Shown in pieces: positions 26,901 through 40,600 of a stretch of DNA of 64,000 bases. This DNA is from Phoronis australis (taxonomy: Eukaryota > Animalia > Phoronida). Position numbers and translations under genes: made by a program. The stretch is taken from contig NMRA01000099.1 in assembly GCA_002633005.1 (NCBI GenBank), positions 319,086-383,085 of the forward strand. Reading direction: 5' to 3'. How positions within the stretch are numbered: the first letter of the stretch is position 1; each line of letters begins with the position of its first letter. The notes under the pieces are model-generated. The model was not told where the DNA came from. It did not search any database and saw only the letters and a program-made list of their open reading frames with translations.

Positions 26901-29900
26901 ACGAATCTATCAAGGGACGAAACAACTGTGAGCGTTTCTTAGAGACAAAAGAAATGCGACTAACTGCTTGAAGCTGCTGGCCTAAGTTTATGTAGGATCT
27001 TATTGACAATTAAGTTTGTGTGTTTAGCAAAACTATTATAACTTTTATAAAGTGTACATTCTCTGAAAGCAGTGGAACTTGATTTTTGACTTCTTATGAA
27101 TCTCCTAAAATATTGTTTAGGGACAACTGAGCATTGTCTACTTACTGTACTCGTCCGGGTTACTGCCCAGAGCGTTTAAATTGGGAATCTAAAAAAAGGG
27201 GTGGGCGGTAAGCCAAGCATGGGCGGTAACCCCGATGAATACGGTAGTATAATTTAGCAAAAAAAGAAAGGTGAATTGACAACAAAATATCAGTACCGTA
27301 TCAGTAGCATGAACAATTTAATTTGAAATAAATGTTTAATATGAAACCTCAGATATGCCGAATTTTCTATACTATCCTTTCGTTTAATGCAACTTTTGAT
27401 TTTTTTTCAAGAAAATAATAAAATCCAATTTTTAGCCCCACGCGCAAAATGGAACAATTTAAAAACAATTCCAAATAGTTTTAGAGAACAGCGCAAGCAT
27501 AGCATCTGAAAGTTGCGCATGAATTTGAACAGCCATTTATGAAATGATGTTCAGAAGTTAACCATAGAAGAACATTTTCCCAAGAAATACGCATTCTGCC
27601 GAGGTTACAATAAAAGATTTCTTTTACCGTGATTGAAAGAAAGCAACAACAGAGGCAATCAAGCGTCAACCCTTAATACTTATCATTAGTACAAGCAACA
27701 AAATTGTCAGAGTCTTGAGTGTTCTGTGAATGTGCACATATGTAGATTTAGCCGACACTGGTCATTACATCCCTTTCCAATTACCCCAGGAAAATATTGA
27801 TTTTTCCATTTCAAAATTACTGTTGCTGTCATTCTAAGACCAAAACACTTTTCTTACTCTGAAGGTACACACAGAGGCTTTTAACAAACACAGACCATTG
27901 AGACGGTTTTGTAGTGTATGACGATTACTTGTCTATAGTGCCGTTTACACTAAAAAAAGTTTACATGGATCAGCTGACACGTAATGAGATGTTCCAGTGT
28001 GTAAACGGGACTGACACGGAGCAAACTGACACCGCGGTGACAACTTTTGCCACCCGTTTGTGAGGTGGGGCAATTTGCTCTCGAATATCTTGCTCCGTGT
28101 CAATTATATGTCTAAACGCGAAACTGGAGCAAGGCGGAAAGGATCGTCTCTACTGCGCTTGTGCAATGACCTACATACAGGCTCGCCGTCTCTGCACCTC
28201 CCGCTATTTGAAAACCTGCGCATGTGCATTCCACTCTCCAGCGTACAACTTCCGTCTTGCCACGTGACAGTTAATGAAATTGCATGTGTAAACAGCCACT
28301 TGATACTGATCAAGTTGCTCCATGTCAGTTGTGCTGGATCAAAAGTTGATGTCTAAGTGGGGCTTATGTTATAACCAGTTAGTTAAGTAATAAAGGTCAT
28401 TACTAGGGTACACCACGGGTTTAATAAATTAAAATTAAATTATATTAATGACCGGGAAATTTCGCGTTAAAGGAAGGAATACACATGAAATTTTAAGCAG
28501 AAAAGAAAGTCTGATATTTTTAAAGTTGAGCTGGTAGTATAGATTATCAAGCAGGAACTTGGTAATGTTACAGACTACATCTCTACAGCATATCACCATA
28601 ATAGCAATCATGTCACTTGCAGAGCAGGGCGCGAGATGAAATGCTCAATGTCCAAAAAAATTTATAGCTTAGCTAAGGAAACACGACAGTTTCACGAGTC
28701 GTCTTTGCTCAATATTAAATACCTCTGGTTATCTTTGAGATAGTTTTCAGCACTTGGCGCTAAAAATATCTTTCCATATTAAAACGGATCTTTATTTCAA
28801 TAAAGTAACTTCAAAATGGTTACTTTCACCTTTAGTATAGTCAGATTCTATAGTAATTGACGCACTGTGATTGCTTAGCTCAGGCCAAAGGGGCTTTTAA
28901 AATAGCAAGCAAAAAGGACAAAAAAATAACATGGCCTACAGGTCCTCCAAATTGTCCCAGACTCGAGGTCAATTGATGCATAACAATCCTCAATACACCA
29001 AACCCCTCAAAATAATGTTCTAGGGTTTTGGCACTTTACACAAAACTTGACTCCTTACCTTGCATTGTCAACCAGTTCTGCCAGAGCACCAAATAGAAAT
29101 TCATGGGTAGTGCTGAAATAGAGAACAGACCGTCTTAACCTAGAACTGTAAGCTTTCTTAACTTCATATAAAAAGTTTTTTTCAAGTCAATTTAATACAG
29201 TTGCATGATTCTGATAGACTAACCTGTTAATGAACCATACTATTGATTTTTGTTGGGTATAAGTGTATGTGTGTGCTTCAGTGCGTATCAGTGAATTCAT
29301 ATGCATTGTACTTACAATGTGGACAGAAAATTATTTATAGTCAAGAAACATGCAGGTTAACAGTTTTATTGCAAGCTCAATCAACAAATTCAATGAAAGT
29401 AAACAGTCTAAGTAAAAAATACCATTCACTACCACCAAGCCGACATACCATAAACAAAATGAACGATGCAAAGTGTTGATATGTCCATGCTATAAAATCA
29501 CATAACTGAAAGTTTTCTGTTTAAAAACGCTTATTGAACAATACAAAACCTAATTGGTAGAACTCACAAAAGAGTGACCGAGATTTTATTAGAATCTGGC
29601 AACAACCGACTTATGGATTGAGTGCATGAGCTAGAACCATGCCAACAACCTTGGGCAGAGTTCGAGCGAAAATCCAACATCTACACGCTCGACTCGAACA
29701 ATGAATCATTACACCCTGATACGCAAGTCAAACAGTTAACTGAATGTGCAAGTGATGATCCAGTTACAGCTCTCTGCAATAGACAGCTGCACAAGAATAT
29801 GACATTCTGGGAAAGACTCCATTTTGGGCTTGCATGGGGTGACTAGTCTACATAGTGGCTCTGGAAGTTTGTGGATGGCTGTGAATGATGGGTGTCAATC

Positions 29901-32900
29901 ACACACAATAGGCCTCTTGAAATTGACATGAAAGGTCAGTGAAAACAGCTCTTTGAAAACACTGCTCATAGTCCCACCTGTATTGTGTAAACACAGCTTA
30001 AAAGGGTTTATGGTCCTGGTTAAGCAGATAATTATTTTATTACCCTCCATGAATTACTGAATAGCCATGCCCAGAATGAAATTCTTTGTCTGTGAATGAT
30101 CTATGACACACATTTGTACATAGGGTACAATGACACGAGTATAAGGAGTGTACTTTTAGACCTCTTCCCAATTTTATACAGCGGTGGATTTCACTATTTA
30201 CGAAAAAGAGAAACCCGTCAAACTTTAAGGGTGGTACAACTGTGCCTTGTGTCAAAGAATGAATTCTTATTCAGGACTTATCTTGTTCCTTACTCAGATT
30301 AGAGATGATATCCTAGCTTGAGAAGAACCGACATGTCATCTATGCTTCAGACCTCACCCACTAAATTCTTAAATGCCAGCATATTCAAGTGTGAAATGCG
30401 ACTCGAAACTAATCACCACGAGATCCTGAAAGCATAGATCGAAGACAACCAATTATCTAGCCGCCGACTCCTTAAACTGCTGGCCTGTTATTGGCCGTCT
30501 CCCATTACGTACCATGACGAATGACAACACCATCTTGGTCTTCCATTGTCGCGTATGCATTTTCTAGAGAAATTTTGACGATGACGAAGCTGTGTTTGTG
30601 GTGGTTGTAACACAGCTTTCAACTGTGCTGTGGCAATTATTTCCCATAGAAGGCACATGCCAACCAATATCCAGTTCAGCTTTAACTTGCATTGTATTAT
30701 GTTAAATATAAATGTGTACACCAATATCCCCGACCCAGTATTTAATGACCATTTTGTCAACTTTCAGGCGAGTTTGAAAAGAAGATGCGTTTTTATTGTG
30801 TAAGGTTTAGAATTACAAAACATTTCCTTGACAAGTGACAACTTGAAGATTATTCAGTAGTAATGGGATCTATATTTCTGAAAAATAAGATTGCTTTGTG
30901 GCAAAATCCTCTTTTGCTTGTAGCTTTTTCTCTTCAAGGTCCAACAATAATTGAAAAGCACTATAGTTTTGTTGTAGCATCTTTTATTTGTAATAAGGTA
31001 ATATACCAAACAGCATGGTACTTAGGCACACTAATATGGCTTAAGCAACCCAAGCTGTTCAACATATCAGAAACTTAAAATTTTTAAGTCAACATTTAAG
31101 TTGTTTACTGGTCTTGACTGGTTCATGAAACATGTAAGACAAGAAATGAGTGGCAGTCCACTCTTGCATCAACTTGTCTTGTTTATTTCTTGTCTTGTTT
31201 ATTTCTTGTCATAAATTTAGCTTTCCAGGTGGCAAGTCATCAATTCTTTGGTGATCTCTGTTCTTGCTGTACTTGAAAATAAATCTTCGTCGACTAGTGG
31301 AGAACCGAGTTGCATTGTCACACCAACCCTTTTAAACCATAGTCAGGCATTCAGTTTCAATTGCCTCATGGGGTGCATTGCTTACAAAAAATGATGTTTG
31401 GAAGTGAAATTGTGAAGTTCACGTAACTGTTTTTTGAGATGACTATTCGGAATGCCAGTTTCAAGGCATGGCACACATTGTACACCGTAACTCTGGGCTC
31501 GCTAATGAACTGTGTGTTATTTCTTTAGTTGAATGACAAACAGCGAGTGACTTTCAACAGTGGGCACAAGCAGTTCTACAAAACAAGTCATTACAGAAAG
31601 CAACAAATGATAAGGCCAAACAAGGCCAGATGTCTTTCCTACAACATTCAAGGATTGCGAACAAAGAAACTTCTCCAGCCCATGAACACGCATTTCAGAG
31701 CTCAAGGAACCATAACTTCACAAGTAATTAGTTTCCAGGAAAGAGAATTTAGTATAAGAGTAGGCCTGACTTGCAACACCTGCGCAGACCTTTGAAAACT
31801 GCAGCTAAGTATCACAGGTGCCAAGAATGTGCTCATCAGTGTAGATGTTCCCAAAGGAGATTTGAGTTGAAATATGATAGCGACACCTCCAGGCACGAGC
31901 TAGAGAACACACCGACATCGTGACTAGCCCCGTTGTTATGGAAGGCACAGCAAGACTGAGCATTGGACTCCAGACAAGCCTCCATGTCTGGTTGAGAGAT
32001 CCGTAGCATCAGAGCTAAAGCAGAATAGCAGTCTCGATAGCAAAAGTACATTCTTCTCATGGGTATTGGCCACTAACTGGATACAACTTCTGCAGGTACT
32101 CTTCATAAAATATCTCCAGTTCATTTTAAGCTAAGGTATTACCCAAACAATTCCAGGAAGGTAGCCCAATGTGACACTCATCTATGAAGGCTTCTCTGTT
32201 CAAAGTGTCAGCCCCTTATTAACCAATTCTGGACACAAGGGAAGCTGCTGCCAAATACTATTAGTTCATCAGACTAATTATAGGATTACTGTCAGCTTGT
32301 GACAACAGTACTTGCAAAGTAGTCGTTATGGATGCATTTTGTGCTGAATTCACACGCCAAATCCATCCACTACACAAATTCCTAGTTATTTGTTTTGCAT
32401 GGTATTCATAAAACTGCTGAACCTGTCTACCAATCTTAGTGCCATCTCCAAAGGTTTCAAGAAGTGCCACTAGCCACTAAAGCGCGGATTTCATAGCTAC
32501 AGCCCTTGATTTAATGTTCTGCCAACAACAGCAAACCCCAGATGCAGGTGATATAAAAGAGACTTCTTTCTGCTTGCTCCTATCTCAAGACTGGCCACAA
32601 CAAAGAAGATGAAACGTTTTTTTTCAACAACCAATTTTTGCAACACTGGCTTGTGTGTGTGTCTGTGTGTGTGTATGTGTGACAATTACTGATTGTGGTG
32701 CACCACAACGCAACAGCGATGACAAAGAACTGTAACTCCATAAAATCCCACAGCTCACTATCTTCAGCCACATCATCTGAAAGGAGGCACAGTGTGTTTC
32801 CGACAAAAACTATCACCACAGCTTATTTCGAAGGTTCTTCCCGACATCAAGAATCTGCAGAAGTAACTATTTGCCAACCAGTATCAATTTAATCTGCCAA

Positions 32901-34090
32901 AAGTGGCAGTATGCTGTAAATCATTACTCCAATGTGCTCAGCAGGGCTCACAAAGCAGCTAACTCTAGGACCTTCAGATGGATCCTTCGCACAGACAGCT
33001 TCAAAGTTCCATTAACATCAGTGCAGGGATATTGTCTCAGGAGCATCCTTTCCTTACATACAAATGAACACTTGTAAATAACAGTACAAATCTCCCAGAG
33101 GGGAAGACATGCTCACTGTTCAGTATGTTTGTGCCTGTACTTGCATGAGACTTGACAATTTCCATATGACAACTAAAATAAATCCAGACTCTTTCCATCT
33201 TTTGCAAAGCTCAAAAAGACCTAAACTGGTCACTTGAAGATTCATCAGATATGATCTTTGTCTAATAGTGATGGTGGCTTTCCATTATCACATCCTTCTC
33301 ACGTTGTATATGAGGACATTGGTTCCTATAGTCTTAGCAAATCAACTGATTTCAACTCTCCACACCAATGATATTATTGTTCATTCCACATCCCTCACTG
33401 AACTCAGCAGCACCTAGGACGTCACAGCGAGTAGCTTCAGACATCACTGACTATCCAACTGACATCTCCATCAAATCTCAGAGAAATATTTACGCAATGT
33501 TCCTATAGTTCCTGTACTTGTGATTGCGCTGCTGGACAGAGAACTTTCTGTGAAAGGTCAGGACAGCCAATCTTCATAAGTTTTCTCCTTGCACGAACCA
33601 TGACAAACTTTCTGAAACCAATGCACTGCGGATCTAGGATGGATCTAGGATGTCGTAGCGGGGTGTATTTACCCACATTTTACCAAAGAAACTGTTCCGG
33701 TAATTGCTAAAAGCGACATGACAACAGCATTGATCTTTGGTCGTGACTACCCCCGCCCCAAACCCCCCTACATCAGAGTTGCATGTATACTACCAGAGCT
33801 GAAGTGCAGTGATAATGAATTGTGTTATGTGCTGGCACATTCCAAAGAAGAAATTTCTTGTTGTGATTACCACTGTGACACATTTTGAACAACTGTGTTG
33901 ACCCTAACCAGTTTGGAGCTACAATCATTTACTTATCAATTTTTTTAAGTCCACAATCCCTGATAAATTCTACACATTTTTGTAACAAACGGCTAAAATC
34001 TGCGAATGACATGTGACGCCTTGACACTTACGAATTAGTGTGAAGGTATTCGTAACTGAGCTGAGCTCTACTTAAACTTGAATATTCCAT
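2912..34090 (-). CDS. MORC2: MORC family CW-type zinc finger ATPase 2 (GHKL ATPase, CW zinc finger, chromo-like domain); 23 coding exons, 3' end not found in the window
   Basis: GT-AG, phase-consistent exons in transcript order: 34032-34090 ([20 protein letters not shown]), 29059-29112 ([18 protein letters not shown]), 25665-25699, 25001-25069 ([15 protein letters not shown]), 24700-24790 ([10 protein letters not shown]), 20577-20685, 19310-19384, 18174-18382, 16896-17104 ([17 protein letters not shown]), 15801-15837, 15377-15419, 14721-14806, 13896-14036 ([20 protein letters not shown]), 13359-13513 ([27 protein letters not shown]), 12585-12713, 12035-12140 (CW finger, CLKWR...WVC), 11522-11615, 9817-9942, 6051-6239, 4977-5093, 4285-4360, 3731-3776, 2912-3001 (WKIKFD). 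About 781 codons, colinear with vertebrate MORC2 as recalled. The low-complexity exons 18-21 are less certain. Confidence 0.95.
5409..5703. repeat. Minisatellite of mixed 19/20-bp units
   Basis: CCCAGGACTACCTCTGCACA and CCCAGGACCACTCAGAATA, about 15 units. Confidence 0.9.
6398..8126 (+). mobile_element. Helentron-associated (HINE/DINE/pearl-like) non-autonomous element, copy 1, with internal ~145-bp tandem units
   Basis: Starts AACAAGAGCAACGCGGAGCGTT (short palindrome); 11 tandem units in a ~430-bp trimeric higher-order pattern; GACG-type microsatellite; terminal hairpin ATGCGTCCACATA-taac-TATGTGGGCGCAT followed by AAAAA; no TSD; A-rich flanks. Family assignment is from structure only. Confidence 0.75.
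8607..9721 (+). mobile_element. HINE-like element, copy 2 of the same family (7 internal units)
   Basis: Same 5' end AACAAGAGCAACGC, same internal units, GACGGACGGACGGA, same terminal hairpin and ATAAAAA. Confidence 0.75.
13105..13370. repeat. Degenerate 43-bp minisatellite overlapping the MORC2 exon-14 donor
   Basis: CTTACCAATATCAATATC-like cores at 13111, 13154, 13195, 13238, 13268, 13311 and 13354. Confidence 0.8.
15850..16150. repeat. 41-bp minisatellite with palindromic TGACTnnAGTCA core
   Basis: TGACT cores at about 15853, 15888, 15929, 15970, 16011, 16053, 16094 and 16136. Confidence 0.85.
19965..20100 (+). mobile_element. Degenerate tRNA-derived SINE
   Basis: B-box-like CCCGGTTCAAATTCC preceded by a degenerate A-box region. 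Confidence 0.35.
22913..23921 (-). other. MORC2: Second copy of MORC2 exons 3-5 (23887-23921, 23214-23282, 22913-23003); probable uncollapsed haplotype
   Basis: 22646-24431 and 24433-26208 are near-identical tandem blocks joined exactly at the single N at 24432. Exon 4 reads GYVL in this copy and GYML in the other. Confidence 0.85.
23375..23811. mobile_element. PIF/Harbinger-like MITE (duplicated at 25162-25587)
   Basis: About 55-bp TIRs beginning TGCCCGGTT..ATGAAACAGTCCCAAATAGG; 3-bp TSD CAG. Confidence 0.8.
27145..27244. mobile_element. Tc1/mariner (pogo-like) MITE, short copy
   Basis: TA|CTGTACTCGTCCGGGTTA ... TAACCCCGATGAATACGG|TA; same family as 36123-36451. Confidence 0.65.
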
Positions 34091-34684
34091 CTTGACTATT
34101 CTCTCCTCTTGAGTTCCTGAATCAATTGACAGTACTCCGAGTCTAGCAAGTGTAAAGCTGGATATAGCTGGTTATTTCGGTAAAACAACGCCCGTGACAA
34201 ATTATGCAAACATAATTTATGAGGCAGCAAAAAGGGATGTCGGCGAGGTCGGAGATCCGTTCGAAGACTTTTGCCGAGTTGGCAGTTCAACCCGAAATCC
34301 ACTAACTTCTGCAGACTGCACTCTTAACTTTGCAATATGGAGACAAATACCCTGCGTAGAAGAATTTAAAGCCAAATATTTTCGGATGAACTTCAGCAAA
34401 TACACCCAAGTTCCAGGTCAACTGCAACCGTCATGTCGCGCACATGGGTTTTTGTCTCTTCAGGCAATAGGTGCGTAGGAACTATATTCCTTTATTGTCT
34501 GCTCTTAATGAATAATTTGAGACTACGATATATTCCACTGAGACTAGTAAAACCACATTATGTAAGCATTTCCAGTTCTTAAAATACGTTTTGTATCAAA
34601 ACAACCGCAAAAAGTGGGCATCCGCAGCGTACTACTTTACCATCTGCATTAGCGTACTTATATTTAACGCAACAAGGTCTTGGC
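34091..34684. promoter_or_regulatory. Putative bidirectional promoter MORC2/CUSTOS
   Basis: Divergent start codons are only 594 bp apart, and CpG density is visibly higher than in neighbouring introns. Confidence 0.7.
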
Positions 34685-37600
34685 ATGGCGGGTATCAGTG
34701 ATTCGAGTTCGTCCGACGAAGACGAGGAGGCAAGATTGCGAGATGCTACTATAATTGTTGGGAAGATTGGTGTGTGGCTTTCATATGTATGATGTGGTTT
34801 ATTTAAGATCAAGGCTACTGGTCTTAATTTTTTTAATCGACTGTCCCTCCGCAGAATTACTGGCGTTTCTGGCTTGTTGACATGGCTGGTCATGGATCCG
34901 GCATTAGTCATTGTTTACAGCTGGGAACCAGTTAGCCAATGCTCGGCTCTACAACCGACTAAGGAACCAGTCAGCGATTCCAAGTTTACAGTTTCATGGC
35001 ATGTATCCAGTACAGCTAGTCACACGTAGACGGTTTAGGCATGGGCGGCGCAGCACTGAAAAAAGTGGGGGGGCTAAAGCTCCCTCAGCCCCACTGTGGT
35101 GCAGCGTCTGTAGACCATGTGCAGCGTAGCACTGAAGAAAAGTGGGTTGAGGGCAATAGCCTCCCCAGCCCCCCTTTGGTGCGCCGCCCATGCTGGGGGG
35201 GGGCGCCTTGGCTGCCGGAAAAAACTGAAAACAGCCAGAGCGTGGGATTATTTTAAACAGTGTTCCCACTTCCCTGGGTCTTAGAGAACCGTCCTTAGAT
35301 GTAAGGCAATGCCTTTAGGTGTTTAACTAAAAATTGCATGAAATGTGATCTTGAGGTAACTGCCGTTATTGAAAGAAAGTTGAGTCAGGACTGTCTTGAT
35401 ACTGCAATTCAACATACGAGTATGGTACTAGTGTCTGTAATTGTGCTACATTTGTCCTTTACGTAAAAGGCAGCAGTGTAATGCATATTGTATATCATGC
35501 GTTGTTTCAAAAGTAAAATGATAATTTTACAACAATAAGTAATATGTGATGTCATGGTTACTAAGAGTGCCATGAAAGTTTAGAAATGAGTTGTTTTTGT
35601 GCAAAGTTGAAAGCGATTCTGTTCTAAAAGTAGAGTTTTTTTTCTGAGTTGTTGTGTTCAGTTGAAATATTGGTAGAGCTTTGTCTTGATTTTCATGAGC
35701 TGGTACTTCTTTGTTTTTAATTTCTAGGAGTGAACCACGCAACATGCCCAGCTAACAAGAATGATAACACAAAATCCGTAGCTCTGGCAAAGAAGCCATC
35801 TCAGAGGTACATATCTTTACCATGTAGAATCGTACACTGTCAAGTCATCTAGCACTGGACATATACAGTGGTACCTGAATTTGAGAATTAGTACTCTCTA
35901 GTAAATGGTTTCTCTCAACAAGTCACTTTATAGCACAAGGCATTTGGTTGCACAATTTTTCACCATGTGAGGTTTCTTATGAAAACAACGGTTTACTGCA
36001 GATTTCTAAGTACAGGTGGCCTTCGGAGTTCAGATTATGTTGAGTTAAAGTCGATTATTCACCTCATACATTATCAGTGGAAGTTGTGCCACTGAATCAC
36101 AAATTAGAACCTTAGAGTAGTACCGTACTTGTCTGGGTTAGCGCCCATGTTCGGCTTACCGCCCACCCCTGAAAACACCTATGCTTGGCTTAATGTCTTT
36201 CCCCAATTTATACGATCAAGACTTCCTTGAAAGGGCCCATGTCTTTGTGAGCGCTCGTCTCGCATGAATTTTAGCTCCCAAAATGTGCGATCACTCCATT
36301 TTGGATATTAAGCTCATTACTACATTGTCTACATTCCGCTGATGTTAAGTCGGATGTAATTGTAGCTCCCTGGGCATTAATGCAATCAACCATTCAGATA
36401 ATTGCCCGCCCATGCTCTGCCCCTGATGGGTACTAACCCGAGCGAGTACAGTATGTTGGACTATTTCCCTCAGTGTGTGCGTATGTGTGTGGTATGCAAA
36501 GTTGAGTTAAGTCGGAGTTAGTGGAAAATTTTCATTCACTGAACTTTAGCGAGTAGACAGAAGCTTACAGTGTTTGTAACGACTCACGAGAGATAAAATT
36601 ATTTGAGCTCTTGCTGCGATTCTGTTGGCAATGCATGTATCCTATTTTAAAATGTTACTAAACCCTGTTTTGATGATTTCAACCAGTCATCGTTCCGTCA
36701 CTTGCTAATGCATAAGTGGCGTTAATCTTAAGTGATGAAAGCAGGAACCAACTAAAAATTTGTACTCCCTGTGTCACGGATTGGATATTATGGTTTTTGG
36801 TAGGTGGTCTTTTGTCACAGTTGCCACTAAAAGGGTAGGTCACGCTTGTCCATTAAACAGTCTTTGAAAGGAGTTTTCAAATTTTCTTCTTAGCTTTTGA
36901 GGGTTATATTACACGGTATTATTTTGCTTCGGAAAATAGGATGGAAAAGTCGATTTTAATGTCTATTAATGGGCTAAAACTTGGTTGGTATCCTTTTAAC
37001 TGTATGATACGTGTGGTGTTGTGGTTTGGTATCCTTTTAAATGTATGATACTTGTGAGGTGTTGTGACAACTATCTGAGATCTAGTAAAATTTAATAACG
37101 AGGTCTTTGAATAATGATGAACAGGTCTATTCCATGACAAATGAACTTCTAGCATTCTGTGTTATTTTAGGTCGAAGGTCGATGATGAAGAAGACCATGA
37201 GCTAAGGACTACACCTGAGTTTCGGTCCCATGTCGCAAAGAAATTGACATCAATTTTGGATGGGTAACTAGAGTATGATATTGCAACCCATTGTTTGTAC
37301 TATGCATAGTTTTTAAGATGCCCGTAAGTGGTGAATATTTGTCTGTCAATTTTCGAATTACAGTTTTCAAGTCTGACTGTTGCATCTCCATACAAGGTCA
37401 ATATCGACAACTTCGAATTACAATGCATGGGCCTCACTCTCCTTGTGCATTCTAATAGCGGGGAAATACCCCCATTTGTCACCAATTTCAAGGCTTGGTA
37501 CTGTGAAGTGTGGGATTGTGCAGTTCTAAAACCTTATAACAAGTGTCTGTGTTAAATAAGAGTTATTCTTACCTTGAGGGGAACTTCGTTTATTTGAATG

Positions 37601-40600
37601 GAATTTCTGGGTCTGGTGAGAGAAAGTACGGGTGATTTCAGATATTTTTCTGAGGGGACAGAAGTCGCAGCGTCAAGAGCTCTGAAATAATTACATTTCC
37701 AATGGTGAATATCGCCACAGAAACAATGGATGAATTTTGTTAGTAAGTGGGTAAAATTGGGGAAGGCCGCATGCTGAAGTATCGGGGAAAAATCGAGGGT
37801 TTGTTAACTTTGTGAGCTGATACTTGGTTTAATTAGGTCCATGTGCGTGTGTTTCCCTGTTTTGTCTGAAGCATACATATATTTTTTTGATGAACAGTAA
37901 TTTTTTATTGTTTTGAGAATTAATTCAATAAAAATTAGGTCCATGTGTTTTGGTTTTATAGTGTCCTTGAGGTGGAGAAGAATGAACAAGTGCATAAGAA
38001 CAGTGATCAAGAGTCGAGTGAAGATTCAGGTGAGCTGACCATACGAGTGTTGGAGATGCATAACAAGGTCAAGTTAAGGTCAACACGTGTGTTGATGCAA
38101 CTGGGTGCTGAAACACTAAATCATATCTAGGCTATGGTCTGTATTGTGGTAACTGTGAAATAAGGAATTAACAGACTGAATAAAAAATCTGCCATTTAAA
38201 TCATATGTGGCTTGAATTTTAGTTATGGAAGAAGTTTAACAAATGGTGAATAATTTTATTTGAAAATAAAATAAAAACAGTTTACTTCATGTTAGGGAAT
38301 CTAGAGCTTTCCATGTGCTGTTATTGGTGTCACTTCTGTTCAGTCAGGCAAGAATTGTAAAATTTATTCCAACCCTCACTTATGTCTCACCATGTGTGTG
38401 GCTCTCAGGAGTGCTCACTCAACAATGACCTTCAGTTACGGCTGTGTTCTGTACATGACTTCCACATATCCACTAATCCATTAGAGCAACTAAGTTCATA
38501 CTTGTCGTTTTGCTTTTATCATAAGAAGTGCCCACAACAGCAATGCTCCAGGAAGACCAAAATTGAGCTGATACCTTCTGAAAAGTTACCATTGATGTTA
38601 ATAATCCAACTTTGAAGAGGAGTTGTTTAAATTGCTTTTTTTCTCAAGTTTAATGACACAGGCGAAGTAAAGAGTTAAAAAGTATGCTCTAATGGGACGC
38701 ATTTGAATTATCTTCCTGGAATTTAAAGTTAAAATAATGTACGTCTCTAGTCTCAATGTGTTCTTTCTAATGTGATAGTGCACCAGGCCATTTCGAAGGT
38801 GTAAATAAGGTCCAGCAGGTCTGTCGAGTCATGGTGGCAATGTTAGTAGTTTGTCCAACCCCTTGAAAGATCTTTGCAACTTTGTATTGATACTATGGCT
38901 AATGTTCCTTGTTCAACAACTCTTGCGGTACCTATCCCAGTATCTACCAGGTTCCTAAGGATTTGAGGATGCCAATTTTCAGATGGGTCCAATTAGTGCT
39001 GAGCACTTTGGGACTGTGGAGTATTTTTATATGCGCTTCTATCTACGAAACCAGGAAAAGATATTTTGATACTTAGCTTGAACGTTTGTACTGGGTGTGA
39101 GACACCATCAATTTGTCTGCCAAACTAATTGGGTTGTTTGTGAAATTTATTCACCAACTAGTTTCATAATTCATGACGAATCACACCTTCTAAATGCATT
39201 TTAATTACTTGGTGAATTGAAATTTCTCCAAGTATGTTGCTTTGTCATAACTTTTTTTTCTTTTCTCACGGTAAAGATCACAATTCTTATTGGATCATCC
39301 TTAAGGTACTTCTTCGAATGAACATTAACAATTTTTTCTCAGACTTACCGTTTTTGAATTATTTGACTTTAAATTTAACAAAAATGCAAAATTTGAAATT
39401 TTGTGAACTAGTTTTGAACTGGCATGTTTCTTTTTTGAATTACTCCAAATATTCTGATGACGCTGTTCCTTTGTCGACTGATTTTTGCTGCACTTTTGTT
39501 GGTTTTTTGTTTTTTTCTTTGTTCGCACGCTACAGATCACAATTCTTATCATATCAGCGTAGGGGTCGTGATTGTTTATGTTCTTGGTTTTGTTGTCCAT
39601 CTCACCTTTCAATGTTTAATTTCTTTCACTAAGCGTCGCTCTTCAGAGCGCTTTCATTTTTTCATTTTCACCTTGTTATCCTGCAGACCACTTGGTTGAT
39701 GCAACTGAAACTGAGAAGCTGTTGAGAGGATGGCGTCAACTTTAGACCAACTGGCATTGCGTCCCCTTGTGTCACTACTTGTTATGGAATTACCACGTCT
39801 TAAATAATCACCACCCCTTCAATGATTTTCCGTTTAACATGTGGAGAAGTATTAAGTAAACACTCTACATTTCTATTTATAGTGTGTGAGACTGGTTAAT
39901 TGTCACACCATTGAAAATATAAATTGCTGGTTTTACAAGCTATGTAACCTCTGTTTGTGACATTTGCTCATGTTTAATATTGACAGTATGCAAATTTTCC
40001 TCTAGGGTTTAAGCTGTTTGCATCATCAATAGTACGTGCAAGCGTGGACGTCAAACCAGTCTTCACTGTAAAACACAGATTAAGGTAACTTCATATTTCA
40101 CATCATGTGACCTAATGAAAATATCTCTGCCCCAACTGGGACTCAGCCCTAAAAGAACGTACATGTAAGCACACCTCTGTTTAGATGCGGTACAAAATCA
40201 GAATGGTCAAGAAGGCGTTTCACTTGCGTAATTTCGTGGCAGTAAACACAAGCGCCAGTCGTTTCCAGTATGGTGCAGTTAGCTCACTGAGACCATGACA
40301 AGTCATTCAAACGGTTTTCTGAACTATTCATATGTTCTGTTGTCTGTGCACTTTCATGGAGCCTCTCCCATTATTTTTTGGTCAGTGTATTCTGGTTCGA
40401 ATTGATCGACCTGTGAAGTCTTCGTTGGACGAGCACTCATCTAAGTCGGGATTGGGAATTGCCACATTTATTATTGTGCTTTCTGTTTCAAAATTAATTA
40501 TTCTCACCCCAACCAAAGCTTATGTAAACAAAGTCTGTCTCATTAGGTACAATTTGTAATGCCTTGGAGTGTTCGTGAGTGCAATTAATGTTTTGAGAAG

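Noticed and set aside
37113-37170. C/D-box snoRNA (ATGATGA) in CUSTOS intron 2
   Set aside because: No CTGA D box or terminal stem before the acceptor.
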